Virus record (IMG/VR): IMGVR_UViG_3300007634_000002
Location: 11,519 to 75,518 of that record
Strand: one strand, 5' to 3'
DNA: 64,000 bases
From: a virus
The notes under the pieces are model-generated. The model worked only from the letters and a program-made list of their open reading frames with translations. It was not told the DNA's origin and searched no databases. Each line of letters begins with the position of its first letter. Positions within the stretch are counted from its first letter, which is position 1. Position numbers and translations under genes: made by a program. Shown piece by piece: positions 1-8,470 of this stretch.

Positions 1-13
1 TAGAACTGTAAAT

Positions 14-949
14 TTGCGCGAATTGGAAAAAGTTATAAATACAGAGCCCACAGGAAAGGTAGCTACAAAAATTAATGAACTTGTGGGTACACACGGTAGT
101 CCAGCGGAGCGAGCTGCGCGACGCACTAATGTAATGAACCGAGTTGTTGATGGTTTGTCGGCATTTCGAGGTATTACCGATTTCTCTCCGTCGAACGTAA
201 CGTTACCCGACGATCTTAATCCTAGAACTAAAAATCCTTTTACTTGGCGTAATAAGAAGATGCCGTCTGTTGTCGGAGAAGGTCAGACTGCGGCACAAGA
301 AGCGTTTAAGACCGAAGCAGCAAGAATTGAAGCAGCGCGAGACGCGTTTAAACCGAACATTGATACATTTGAAACGCTGCGTAAAAAACTTGAAAGTTAT
401 AAATCTACCGTAGGTTTAGCACCTCTTACGCCCGCAGAGCAAAATTTGTTACAACAAACAGCACCGTCTAATAGTGCATCAGTTAAAGCCCGTCTAGAGG
501 CATTAGCTGAATTGCGAGAAGCCGAAGTTAAAGCACAAGTGGCAAGAAATGAAGCTATGACTAGCGAGCGGCTAGAAGCAGCACACACGGAGCAAACTAA
601 GGCACAGGCAGAAGCTGTTGCTAGAGGTTCTTATAACCCGAAGGAATTGCGCGATCAGGTAAAAATGGAAGTAAACAATCCTAAAGGACCCGTAAAAGGT
701 TTGTTGCCGTGGCATCACCATTTAGCACCACGCACGCGCATGGCAGCTCTTTTAGGCGTAGGCCCGTATCTTGTTGAAAAAGGTTATGAAAATCTTGTAC
801 AACCTTTGCTGTACGGCGATCCAAAAAATCCCGCAGAGCAGCCCGGTACTTTCCTTGAACAAACAAGAGAAAGCACTGCGCTTAATGAAATAGCGCGCAA
901 ATTGATCGCCGAAAGGCTGGCAAAGTTTAGAGACGGACAATCTAAGTAA
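14..949 (+). CDS. Hypothetical protein, probably 5'-truncated by the window edge
   Basis: Frame is open from position 2; TTG at 14 has no RBS; Ala/Glu/Lys-rich helical middle; lies directly upstream of the protease gene. Confidence 0.7.
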   Translation: MRELEKVINTEPTGKVATKINELVGTHGSPAERAARRTNVMNRVVDGLSAFRGITDFSPSNVTLPDDLNPRTKNPFTWRNKKMPSVVGEGQTAAQEAFKTEAARIEAARDAFKPNIDTFETLRKKLESYKSTVGLAPLTPAEQNLLQQTAPSNSASVKARLEALAELREAEVKAQVARNEAMTSERLEAAHTEQTKAQAEAVARGSYNPKELRDQVKMEVNNPKGPVKGLLPWHHHLAPRTRMAALLGVGPYLVEKGYENLVQPLLYGDPKNPAEQPGTFLEQTRESTALNEIARKLIAERLAKFRDGQSK

Positions 950-966
950 AGACTGAGGACAATACC

Positions 967-2472
967 ATGGCAATGGTCAAAATCATCAGTCCAAGCGGTT
1001 GGGACTTCGACGCCCCAATCGCTTCGACGATTAAGATTGCGTCCCGTGGCCTTACTGGTGCGGACAGATCTGACTTCGTTAAAAGGGCTGGAGATGCCGC
1101 TAACATCTTTTTGCCATACTTAGACAAAGTTAAATTTGCAGCAGACGAAGAACCTGTGCATCTTATTGCTTTGGGTGCCTCAGAAGCTTATGGTCCCAAT
1201 CGCAACGGGGATGGATTCAAAGAAGCTACTTGCAAATCGTGCCATGATTCTTTTGTTAAGCACGCTAAATGGTACCGCAACCACAAGAACAAAGATCCAC
1301 TCCAGAGTTACGGTTCTGTAAAACTGTCTGCTTACAATCCCACCATGCGTCGTGTTGAACTTCTTGTAGGACTTAACAAAACCAAAGAAGCTGCCGAACG
1401 CAATAAAGGTTTTGTTGCGGACAAAGAACTTGAAAAACTAGCTATGGGCCAAGACCTCCCTGTGAGCATGGCTTGTCGTGTAGCCCACGATGTTTGTAGT
1501 TACTGCAATCACAGCGCGCGCACACGAGATGAATATTGCACGTCTTCGATGTGCAAGGCAGGCGGATGCAAAGATAATCTCACACGCTTAATTAAAGTGG
1601 GTAACGACGTGCATCACCTGCACGTCGATAATCCTAATCCCGGTTACTTTGACATTTCTTTTGTATTCCGTCCCGCAGACCGTATTGCTTATGCCAATAA
1701 AGCTGACTGGCTTCAGAAGGCTGCATCAGACGGCGGTTTCTTTGACAAGTTTGGAGCCGAGGCCGCAGAAGCTCTTGGTGTTGTTGCGCCACTATCTTTG
1801 GTATTGCAGCAAGATCACAACAGATACGATAGGCCTTGGGTCAATGTTCAGGTAAAATTGGCGTATGGTCTTGACGTACTTGAACAAGGGGCGTTGTTAC
1901 CTTCAGAAACACGCAGAGCATTTGCTGCTAACGTACAGGCTGGTTTGAATTATGCGGATTTGCAGATGCTGGTGAATGACACAGAAAAGACAGCTGCGGC
2001 CTTAAGTGCTTTGGCCGAGCGCAAGATTATTTTACCATTACGGGAATACGCTAAATTTTGCAAAACGGCACATGAGGTTGTTGTTGATGCACAGCGACGA
2101 CTTCCGGGAGTATATGGTCGAATGCTTGCCGATGGTTCTTTGGATCGGCATATTTGCAATTCTCGTTATTCCCTTTTGGAAAAACAATCATCGGTAGCAC
2201 AACGTGACGCCGCCCTCAGAGCAGTGTCAAGTTATTCGTTAGAAAAAACCGCAGTGGATAGTCGATGTATGTTGTCTACACTGCGGCAGCATCCTGTTCC
2301 AGAAGTAATAGATACTTATGGAATTGCGGCGGTAGGCGGTTCTGGAGAGACGTTGGCGCGAGAGTATGCTATTTATAAACTTGCTGCTCTTACTAAAATT
2401 GCTTCTACAGAATCTAATGCTGACTTTTTGTTGACTTGCAGGATGAGTCTGTGCCAAAATCAGGTTGTGTAA
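967..2472 (+). CDS. Putative prohead (capsid maturation) protease with Cys-rich Zn-binding insertion
   Basis: Motifs GPNRNGDGF, SMACRVAHDVCSYCNH and FDISFV resemble large-phage prohead proteases; position upstream of scaffold and capsid genes; GAGG RBS. Confidence 0.65.
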   Translation: MAMVKIISPSGWDFDAPIASTIKIASRGLTGADRSDFVKRAGDAANIFLPYLDKVKFAADEEPVHLIALGASEAYGPNRNGDGFKEATCKSCHDSFVKHAKWYRNHKNKDPLQSYGSVKLSAYNPTMRRVELLVGLNKTKEAAERNKGFVADKELEKLAMGQDLPVSMACRVAHDVCSYCNHSARTRDEYCTSSMCKAGGCKDNLTRLIKVGNDVHHLHVDNPNPGYFDISFVFRPADRIAYANKADWLQKAASDGGFFDKFGAEAAEALGVVAPLSLVLQQDHNRYDRPWVNVQVKLAYGLDVLEQGALLPSETRRAFAANVQAGLNYADLQMLVNDTEKTAAALSALAERKIILPLREYAKFCKTAHEVVVDAQRRLPGVYGRMLADGSLDRHICNSRYSLLEKQSSVAQRDAALRAVSSYSLEKTAVDSRCMLSTLRQHPVPEVIDTYGIAAVGGSGETLAREYAIYKLAALTKIASTESNADFLLTCRMSLCQNQVV

Positions 2473-2547
2473 CAGCTTTCGCTCGTTATTCCACCCGAGG
2501 ATGGCGGTTCTTAGGAACACCAAACCGGCGAGAGGAGCCACTAAGAG

Positions 2548-3804
2548 ATGTCCACCTCATTGCAAAATTCGATCAATACGATCGAACAGTTTCTGGCAAC
2601 CGTTGGCGGCTCCGTCAAGCGTGCGGAAGCTAATACCGAAGCTGGCGGTTATCAACGCGGTACAACGCATCCTGTGAAGGATGTGGATGATCGTACCGAA
2701 GTCGCTCAGGAAGGTGCGCGCAGCGCCGAGAACGATAAGGATGTTAAAGAGGATCAGGGTGCCGTTGGCGTTAATAGCGCTGCGACTGCCAAGTCCGCTC
2801 GCGACATTCTTTCTGGTCTTTCGCGTTACGCCGCAATGCCAACGTACAACGTCAAGCGCAGTGAATCCGCTGTCTCTACTCCCGGTAGCGCAGCTGATGA
2901 CCAATTGCAAATCGGTACCAACAAACAACCCACCGGCGAAGATCCAGCTAACGAAACCAACTCGGCCAAAGCCGGGAAGAAGGATTCGGATTCAGCGCAT
3001 CCCGCCCGTACCGATAACGAAAGCCTCGACGGCCACAAGTTCTCGTACGACAACTACACTTCACTTGAGAAGTTGGCTTCGTACATGAACGACATTGGCA
3101 ACGAGCTTGTCGCACAGATTGCACACGTGGCGTGGACTGCTAAGAAGGCAGAAGACGAAAGCACCCACGGCTATGCACACGAAAAAAAAGAAACTAAGAA
3201 GCAAGAACGCTTTGAGCACAAAGAAGCCGTTGACGGCGAACTTGCGCAATTAGTTGGTTACGATCTTGCTAATGTTATTTCGGACAAACAAGCAACTGAC
3301 AACATGGTGCATTCAGTGCTTTCCGACATTGTGAAAGCAGCATCGTTGAAGGCTGACTTGCTTGCTGAATACCATCTTGCACACAGCGCCGAACTGCGTA
3401 AGCAGGCCGAAGCTGACATGTTGCAGGAAGCGGTTGCTCAGGGTGGCGGCGGTGCACCTCCCGGCGGCATGGGTGGCGCGGGTGGCGCACCCGGCGGCAA
3501 CGAAGCTGAAATGCTTGCGTCACTCGGTGGTATGGGCGCAGAAGGCCACGGTGGCGGCGAAGGCGGCGACGAAATGGCCAAAGCCGAACAATTGATTGAA
3601 GCCCTCAAGCAAATGGGCATCCCTGAAGAAGAAATCATGGCATTGCTGCAAGGTGGCCACGGTGGCGATGAAGGTGCTGAAGCAGGTGCTGGACTTCCTC
3701 CCGCTCCTTCCGAAAAAATGTCATCGGCTCGTACGCAACGGGCACTGGCGAAAATGGCCGAAAGCTATTTGACTGAAGTTTTTTCTCGCTCGAAGAAGCG
3801 CTAA
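2548..3804 (+). CDS. Scaffold-like/internal head protein
   Basis: Acidic low-complexity protein with a Gly/Met-rich C-terminal third, lying between the protease and capsid genes. Confidence 0.5.
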   Translation: MSTSLQNSINTIEQFLATVGGSVKRAEANTEAGGYQRGTTHPVKDVDDRTEVAQEGARSAENDKDVKEDQGAVGVNSAATAKSARDILSGLSRYAAMPTYNVKRSESAVSTPGSAADDQLQIGTNKQPTGEDPANETNSAKAGKKDSDSAHPARTDNESLDGHKFSYDNYTSLEKLASYMNDIGNELVAQIAHVAWTAKKAEDESTHGYAHEKKETKKQERFEHKEAVDGELAQLVGYDLANVISDKQATDNMVHSVLSDIVKAASLKADLLAEYHLAHSAELRKQAEADMLQEAVAQGGGGAPPGGMGGAGGAPGGNEAEMLASLGGMGAEGHGGGEGGDEMAKAEQLIEALKQMGIPEEEIMALLQGGHGGDEGAEAGAGLPPAPSEKMSSARTQRALAKMAESYLTEVFSRSKKR

Positions 3805-3834
3805 GTACACATTGTCTTAAAGGAGGACGATCCA

Positions 3835-4290
3835 GTGCTTGATCCTAATATGGCTGTCGTACTGAATAACGCACTTACACTTGCTGAAGTGGCAGGTGCG
3901 TATGAAAAGAAGGCGAACGCAGTACTCGCCTCGTACAGGAACAGCGAGAAACAGGCCGCTGAAAAGCGTTCTGGTACTTTGCAGTTGCTTGTAAATTTGG
4001 GCTTCGTGCCCCAAGGACGCGAAAAGGAAGCGGCTGCATTGCTTTCGTCGCACGCCCACACACTGGAATTGCTTGAAAATCTTGCACAGAAGACTGCTGG
4101 ATACCGCAAGCAAGCTAGTGAATCCACCTCCGGCGAACTTGGAAGAGCCGTTGGGGAAGAGAAGCAAGCTGGGTTTGCTTCACGTAATGGCAGTTCTTAC
4201 AACTCACTTACCGGTGTTGTAGGTGGCAAGACGTCTGAAATTAAAGCGTCTGATCTTCCGCTGATGAAGTTAGCCGGATTGGCTGGCTGA
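3835..4290 (+). CDS. Small head-assembly protein (hypothetical)
   Basis: AGGAGG RBS, GTG start; 7 of 11 Lys are in K-x-A context. Confidence 0.6.
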   Translation: MLDPNMAVVLNNALTLAEVAGAYEKKANAVLASYRNSEKQAAEKRSGTLQLLVNLGFVPQGREKEAAALLSSHAHTLELLENLAQKTAGYRKQASESTSGELGRAVGEEKQAGFASRNGSSYNSLTGVVGGKTSEIKASDLPLMKLAGLAG

Positions 4291-4329
4291 TTCTAAAACA
4301 CCTGTTGCTTTTACTTTGGAGGTTTTACT

Positions 4330-4869
4330 ATGGCTGCTCCGCGTTCTATTACCGCTTACACGCTGAATGCCCTTAAGGGCTGGCCTAGCATGACGGCGCT
4401 GGACTACAGTGCTCCGTTTGCTAGTAGTGTTTTTGACATTGTTACTGAAGTTCTTCCCGGATCTGTTGTTCACCTGAACAGCAGCGGCGAATACGAACTG
4501 GGCGTTGGCAACACCAACCGCATGCCTTTGTTCGTGTTCAACGGATCTAGCGATCCTGACGTTCAGAACGAAAGCGGTGATCCCGCAACCGAAAAGGGTG
4601 TATGGATTGCCATCAACCCAACCGGTCAGGCTTTGGCCCTCGTCGCCACCGGCGCTTACGAGTTGGTCAGCACCGCCTACGTTGCCGGTTCCTATCCTCC
4701 CAATACTCCGCTGACTTCGTCCACTTCCGGCTCTACAACTGCTGGCAAGTTGGTTGGCGGTACAATTGGTACCAACATGATTGTGGGTATCGTTTCTCGC
4801 GGCCTCGTGGACAACGGGTACGGCTCAACCGGCCTTGCGTTCTGGCCTTGCCCTGTGTTCCACGCGTAA
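4330..4869 (+). CDS. Putative capsid decoration/cement protein
   Basis: GGAGG RBS; 179-aa Gly/Thr-rich beta-type protein immediately upstream of the major capsid protein gene. Confidence 0.55.
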   Translation: MAAPRSITAYTLNALKGWPSMTALDYSAPFASSVFDIVTEVLPGSVVHLNSSGEYELGVGNTNRMPLFVFNGSSDPDVQNESGDPATEKGVWIAINPTGQALALVATGAYELVSTAYVAGSYPPNTPLTSSTSGSTTAGKLVGGTIGTNMIVGIVSRGLVDNGYGSTGLAFWPCPVFHA

Positions 4870-4904
4870 GGAATTAGACTTAACCAACTAACTGGAGGAT
4901 TCTC

Positions 4905-5843
4905 ATGGCCGCTTTGACTCAAGATGAGAGCAAGCTTATTTCTCGCGCGGTGTTCGAGAAGTTGTCTTCTCGCGACCCGATGCTGGAAAAGGAAGCTATT
5001 GACGCTGTCAATGACTTTACCCGCACGAAAATGAGAGAAGATGGTTTCTATCGTCGGATTATGCCGCCGATTCCAATCACCAACGACGAACTGGATCGTC
5101 AGGTTGACACCGACAAGCCAGTAAAGATCGTTGACAAGGAACCTGATAGCCCAGCAGCTATCTCGATTCCTTTCGCAACTCTGCCGACCAACCTCTACAT
5201 CCGTGGTCCTCGTTACCGCGTTATGTTTGACCGTATCGTTACCCCACGTTTTACGAAAGACGTGGATGAACTAAGAACTTGGATCATGGACATCCGTCAG
5301 GTGTTGTCGGACAACAGTATCAAGGACATGCTGGCTGAAGAAGACAGCAAGTTCCTTCGCGCTGTGAACACCGCCCTCGTAGGCGCTGGTCTGACTGTTC
5401 CCACCTCGGGCACCGTCCAGTACGAAACCATCTCCGGCGGTATCACTCGCGATACCCTTTGGGATTCGCTCAAGATCATGCCAAACACTCCGAGCAACCT
5501 CGAAGTGCACTCGGTCCTTCTGAACAACATTACCATCAAGGAAGTGTGCAAGTTCGGTTGGAACGAAATGGGTGGTCAGATCAGCGAAGACATCATGAAA
5601 AACGGCTGGTCCGCTCAAGAATTCATGGGTGTCCGTTGGGTCGTCACCATCAAGAAGGGTCTGGTTCCAACCAACACCTTCTATCACTTCGCCGACCCCA
5701 AGTTCATCGGCAAGTCGTACGTTCTCGAAGACACCACCATGTACATCCGTCGCGAAGCGTACATGATTGAGTTCTTCGCTTATGAAACCCTCGGCGGATC
5801 GATCGGACACACTTCCGGTCTGGCCCGTGTTGACTTTGCCTGA
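4905..5843 (+). CDS. Major capsid protein (HK97 fold expected)
   Basis: 312 aa; REDGFYRRIMPP and RFTKDVDELR segments like large-phage capsid proteins; visibly C-ending codon bias; GGAGG RBS; followed by a strong hairpin. Confidence 0.8.
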   Translation: MAALTQDESKLISRAVFEKLSSRDPMLEKEAIDAVNDFTRTKMREDGFYRRIMPPIPITNDELDRQVDTDKPVKIVDKEPDSPAAISIPFATLPTNLYIRGPRYRVMFDRIVTPRFTKDVDELRTWIMDIRQVLSDNSIKDMLAEEDSKFLRAVNTALVGAGLTVPTSGTVQYETISGGITRDTLWDSLKIMPNTPSNLEVHSVLLNNITIKEVCKFGWNEMGGQISEDIMKNGWSAQEFMGVRWVVTIKKGLVPTNTFYHFADPKFIGKSYVLEDTTMYIRREAYMIEFFAYETLGGSIGHTSGLARVDFA

Positions 5844-5853
5844 TCAAACGGTC

Positions 5854-5885
5854 AAGCCCGGAGCTCTTAGGGGCTCCGGGTTTGT
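5854..5885 (+). terminator. Stem-loop after the capsid gene (weak terminator or mRNA-stabilising hairpin)
   Basis: AAGCCCGGAGCTC-TTAG-GGGCTCCGGGTTT, 13-bp stem including G-U pairs, short U tract. Confidence 0.6.
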
Positions 5886-5899
5886 CGGGAGGATTTCCT

Positions 5900-6187
5900 A
5901 TGTCTAGCACTGCCGCTGCCGGTCCATACGTCGATCAATCACTGACACTGCAAGGTCCTTACTCGCAGTCTTCTGGTACGCCGACTCCTGCACCTTCGGG
6001 TCCGACGACTCTGGGTGAAATCACCGTTTACAATGTCGCCGGTCGTTTGACGACTCTGGCTTCAATTGCCGCAGCCAATTCAAGCGCAGTATCTCCACCA
6101 AAATCACCAAACTATTGGGCGACTGGTCGGGATCTGTATGCTAATGGTGGCGCCGTAGGCCAAACTTTCTTTAACAACCAAGCATAA
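5900..6187 (+). CDS. Hypothetical head-associated protein
   Basis: GGAGG RBS favours ATG 5900 over the track's TTG 5882. Confidence 0.6.
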   Translation: MSSTAAAGPYVDQSLTLQGPYSQSSGTPTPAPSGPTTLGEITVYNVAGRLTTLASIAAANSSAVSPPKSPNYWATGRDLYANGGAVGQTFFNNQA

Positions 6188-6196
6188 GGAATTGCC

Positions 6197-6583
6197 ATGA
6201 GCATGCCTGATCCCGAAACCGCTTTTGCCCGACTTGCTAGCAACGTGCACAACGGTTTGATTTTTGAGAAATTTGCCGCAGCTACTGGTTTTGTACCGCA
6301 AAACGAAAAGCAAGCGCATGATCTTCTCGAAACAGCTGAAATGCTGTTTGCCATGCATCAGCAGGGCCAGATCAAAACTGCTAGCGAAGCGTATGATCCA
6401 ATTGCTAACGCCAAGGACGCGCTTCAAAATGTTCTTGGGTTTAACAAGACTGCCAGTGCGCCTGTTTCGGCACCTAGCGATCTTGCGGCTGCTTTGATGC
6501 AGAATCCTGAGATCTACGACTCGGTCGTTTCCCTGAAGGCCGCCGAAGCTATGGAGCTTCAGGCCGCTCTTCGCAACCAGTAA
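6197..6583 (+). CDS. Hypothetical internal head protein
   Basis: AAGGA RBS; all 6 Lys are in K-x-A context. Confidence 0.6.
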   Translation: MSMPDPETAFARLASNVHNGLIFEKFAAATGFVPQNEKQAHDLLETAEMLFAMHQQGQIKTASEAYDPIANAKDALQNVLGFNKTASAPVSAPSDLAAALMQNPEIYDSVVSLKAAEAMELQAALRNQ

Positions 6584-6590
6584 GTACTTA
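6581..6590. promoter_or_regulatory. TAAGTACTTA palindrome (copy 1), candidate late promoter/operator
   Basis: Perfect 10-bp palindrome overlapping a stop codon, 18 nt before the next ATG; identical copies at 14536, 16755 and 58418. Confidence 0.4.
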
Positions 6591-6608
6591 TACAAAGGAG
6601 ACTAGGAC

Positions 6609-6947
6609 ATGGCTTACAGTACGGCCTGCCTCTTCAGCACAGTAAAGAACATTAGCGGCGGTAGCCGTACGTTTGGCTTCCTGCCTCCTCACGGACGCAA
6701 GTTGGCAGCTAACGAAGAGTTCTCGGTTTTCGGGAATATCCTCGAAGCCATCCAGACTGGCCTTGATCGTAATGCCAGCCGCCGTAATATCACTGCTTTC
6801 CAGAATGCCTTAGCTAACGGCACATTGGAAATCGTCAAGACTCCCAACCCGATTCTTCTGAACGGTGTGGGTCAGTCCAAGATGGTGCGTATTGACCGCG
6901 CCAACAACCTCAGCTTGTCAGATCCTTGCTGGGAATCGTTGGTTTGA
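6609..6947 (+). CDS. Hypothetical virion protein
   Basis: GGAG/AGGA RBS, ATG start, last gene before the structured intergenic region. Confidence 0.65.
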   Translation: MAYSTACLFSTVKNISGGSRTFGFLPPHGRKLAANEEFSVFGNILEAIQTGLDRNASRRNITAFQNALANGTLEIVKTPNPILLNGVGQSKMVRIDRANNLSLSDPCWESLV

Positions 6948-6958
6948 TTTAACATGTA

Positions 6959-7061
6959 ATCAGCCGGTCATTCGATGCGGAGTGTTTTTGCTGTTTCCTG
7001 CTCGGGCGAATGTTTAAGTGGCTGGTGAAGATTAACAGCGCCAACCGCCACTACGGCTGAT
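6959..7061 (+). ncRNA. Candidate structured RNA (three-way junction)
   Basis: P1 ATCAGCCG/CGGCTGAT (6959-66/7054-61), P2 CATTCG/CGAATG (6969-74/7007-12), P3 AGTGGC-TGGTG/CGCCA-GCCACT (7017-27/7039-52); immediately followed by a terminator. Confidence 0.4.
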
Positions 7062-7079
7062 ATTTTAATTTTACTAAAA

Positions 7080-7108
7080 GCATGTCGGTAACGGCGTGCT
7101 TTTTTTTT
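7080..7108 (+). terminator. Rho-independent terminator
   Basis: GCATGTCG-GTAA-CGGCGTGC followed by T9. Confidence 0.85.
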
Positions 7109-7119
7109 AGGAGGTTATT

Positions 7120-7389
7120 ATGGCTGCAATTGATACGTGCGCAGGACAACCCGAAATATTATCAAGCCCGTGCGACAACGCTGAAATTGTCACACCCAAC
7201 AACGACACCGACCTTACATACGTGACGCGTGGTTTGTGGGTTGGCGGTGCAGGTAGTGTTAACGTTGTATTGGCTGGCGGACAGACTGTATTGTTCGCAG
7301 GTATTCAAGCCGGTACGTTGCTTCCTTTACGTGTTTCGCGCGTAAAATCGTCAAGTACCAGTGCAACCAACATCGTAGCTATTTGGTGA
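7120..7389 (+). CDS. Head spike base protein (Rcc01079-like)
   Basis: VTPNNDTDL..VTRGLWVGGAGSVNV....LLPLRVSRVKSSSTSATNIVAIW matches my recollection of the RcGTA Rcc01079 spike-base pattern; AGGAGG RBS. Confidence 0.7.
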   Translation: MAAIDTCAGQPEILSSPCDNAEIVTPNNDTDLTYVTRGLWVGGAGSVNVVLAGGQTVLFAGIQAGTLLPLRVSRVKSSSTSATNIVAIW

Positions 7390-7392
7390 CAT

Positions 7393-7533
7393 ATGCCAGA
7401 CATCGGCACACAAATTCCTTTGTACTGGCGTCCGTCTAATAACGACGGACCCATTGAACAATTGTTGTGGGATACGGTATCAGATCATATTATGTGGAAT
7501 AGTGGCGCAACCGATTATCTTTTGTGGATTTAA
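7393..7533 (+). CDS. 46-aa small protein missed by the ORF track
   Basis: ATG 7393 to TAA 7533 fills the gap between 7389 and 7536: MPDIGTQIPLYWRPSNNDGPIEQLLWDTVSDHIMWNSGATDYLLWI. Confidence 0.6.
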   Translation: MPDIGTQIPLYWRPSNNDGPIEQLLWDTVSDHIMWNSGATDYLLWI

Positions 7534-7535
7534 CT

Positions 7536-8039
7536 ATGTCAGGTTTAAGAATAGATCAACTCAGTTCTCGGGTACCTGTCAAAACAGACATGACGGCAAC
7601 TACAGCGGCTGGCGGTCCTGCGGGATTCAGCACCATGACGACTGTGGTTGAAGCTGGTTGTTCGGGTGCCACGATATTGACGATTGGAAGTACTGGTGCC
7701 GGAGGGTCGTTTGCGCATCCGTCCAGCACAGTTAATATAAGTACTAATACAAACAATTTGGCGTTTAGCAGTTCAGCGTTTCAACGGCTGAATTGTACGA
7801 AAGCCAGTCAACTTACAGGAATAGCTCCACCCAACGGATCAGCGCATGCGGACGGCAGAATGATTCGTATTGTCAACGTCGGAACAGACACAGTTACAAT
7901 TAAACACATGTCTACGTCGTCTGATGCTGCCAACAGGATTGACACTACTGGCACAGATAAAACGTTAACGTCCAAACATGCGCTTGAAGTAATTTATGAT
8001 TCTACTGCCGGAAATTGGCTTGCATGGGAGTTAACTTAA
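7536..8039 (+). CDS. Putative head/fibre-associated protein
   Basis: N-terminal LRIDQLSS resembles the KISQL-type start of phage fibre proteins; TAATG coupling to the next gene. Confidence 0.55.
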   Translation: MSGLRIDQLSSRVPVKTDMTATTAAGGPAGFSTMTTVVEAGCSGATILTIGSTGAGGSFAHPSSTVNISTNTNNLAFSSSAFQRLNCTKASQLTGIAPPNGSAHADGRMIRIVNVGTDTVTIKHMSTSSDAANRIDTTGTDKTLTSKHALEVIYDSTAGNWLAWELT

Positions 8040-8458
8040 TGGCAAGTCTTGTGTACAACTCGTGTATTCGTGATGGGTTGGTAGGAAACATCAACTTCAG
8101 CACAGACACGTTCAAGCTGGCTTTGGTGACATCGGCTTACGGTGCGGCCAAGTCTCATTCCAAGCGCAATGATGTCACGAACGAAGTTACGGGCGTCGGT
8201 TATACGGCAGGCGGCAATGCTTGTGTTGTTACCGTTGCGGCCGTAGACAATGTTAACAACGACATTGAGCTGTCTTTTGTCGTAACTTCGTGGACGTCGG
8301 CTACCATCACCGCAAAAGGTGGGGTAATATACAAGTCCAGAGGTGGCGCATCATCTGCTGACGAACTTGTAGGATATGTCGATTTTGGTAATGACATTTC
8401 CTCAACAAACGGTACATTTGCGGTTACGGTTACGACACCACTGAAGTTCCAGAACTAA
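8039..8458 (+). CDS. Conserved-type phage fibre/structural protein
   Basis: DTFKLALVTSAY...DVTNEVTGVGYTAGG pattern typical of a widespread phage structural family; ATG 8039 overlaps the upstream TAA. Confidence 0.6.
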   Translation: MASLVYNSCIRDGLVGNINFSTDTFKLALVTSAYGAAKSHSKRNDVTNEVTGVGYTAGGNACVVTVAAVDNVNNDIELSFVVTSWTSATITAKGGVIYKSRGGASSADELVGYVDFGNDISSTNGTFAVTVTTPLKFQN

Positions 8459-8470
8459 GGAGTTTGATTC

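Noticed and set aside
2477-2540. Possible structured leader between the protease and scaffold genes
   Set aside because: Only 4-5-bp helices with several alternative pairings; not distinguishable from chance by eye
5271-5810. 179-aa antisense ORF over the capsid gene, and similar long antisense ORFs (for example 10496..11065, 26087..26638, 31044..31628, 38056..38760)
   Set aside because: Fully inside well-supported + strand genes, no RBS or recognisable motifs; explained by codon bias
6959-7061. tRNA or self-cleaving ribozyme reading of the structured intergenic region
   Set aside because: TTCGAT is present but there is no cloverleaf, anticodon arm or CCA; hammerhead (CUGANGA/GAAA), twister and pistol cores are absent on both strands; kept only as an unclassified RNA candidate
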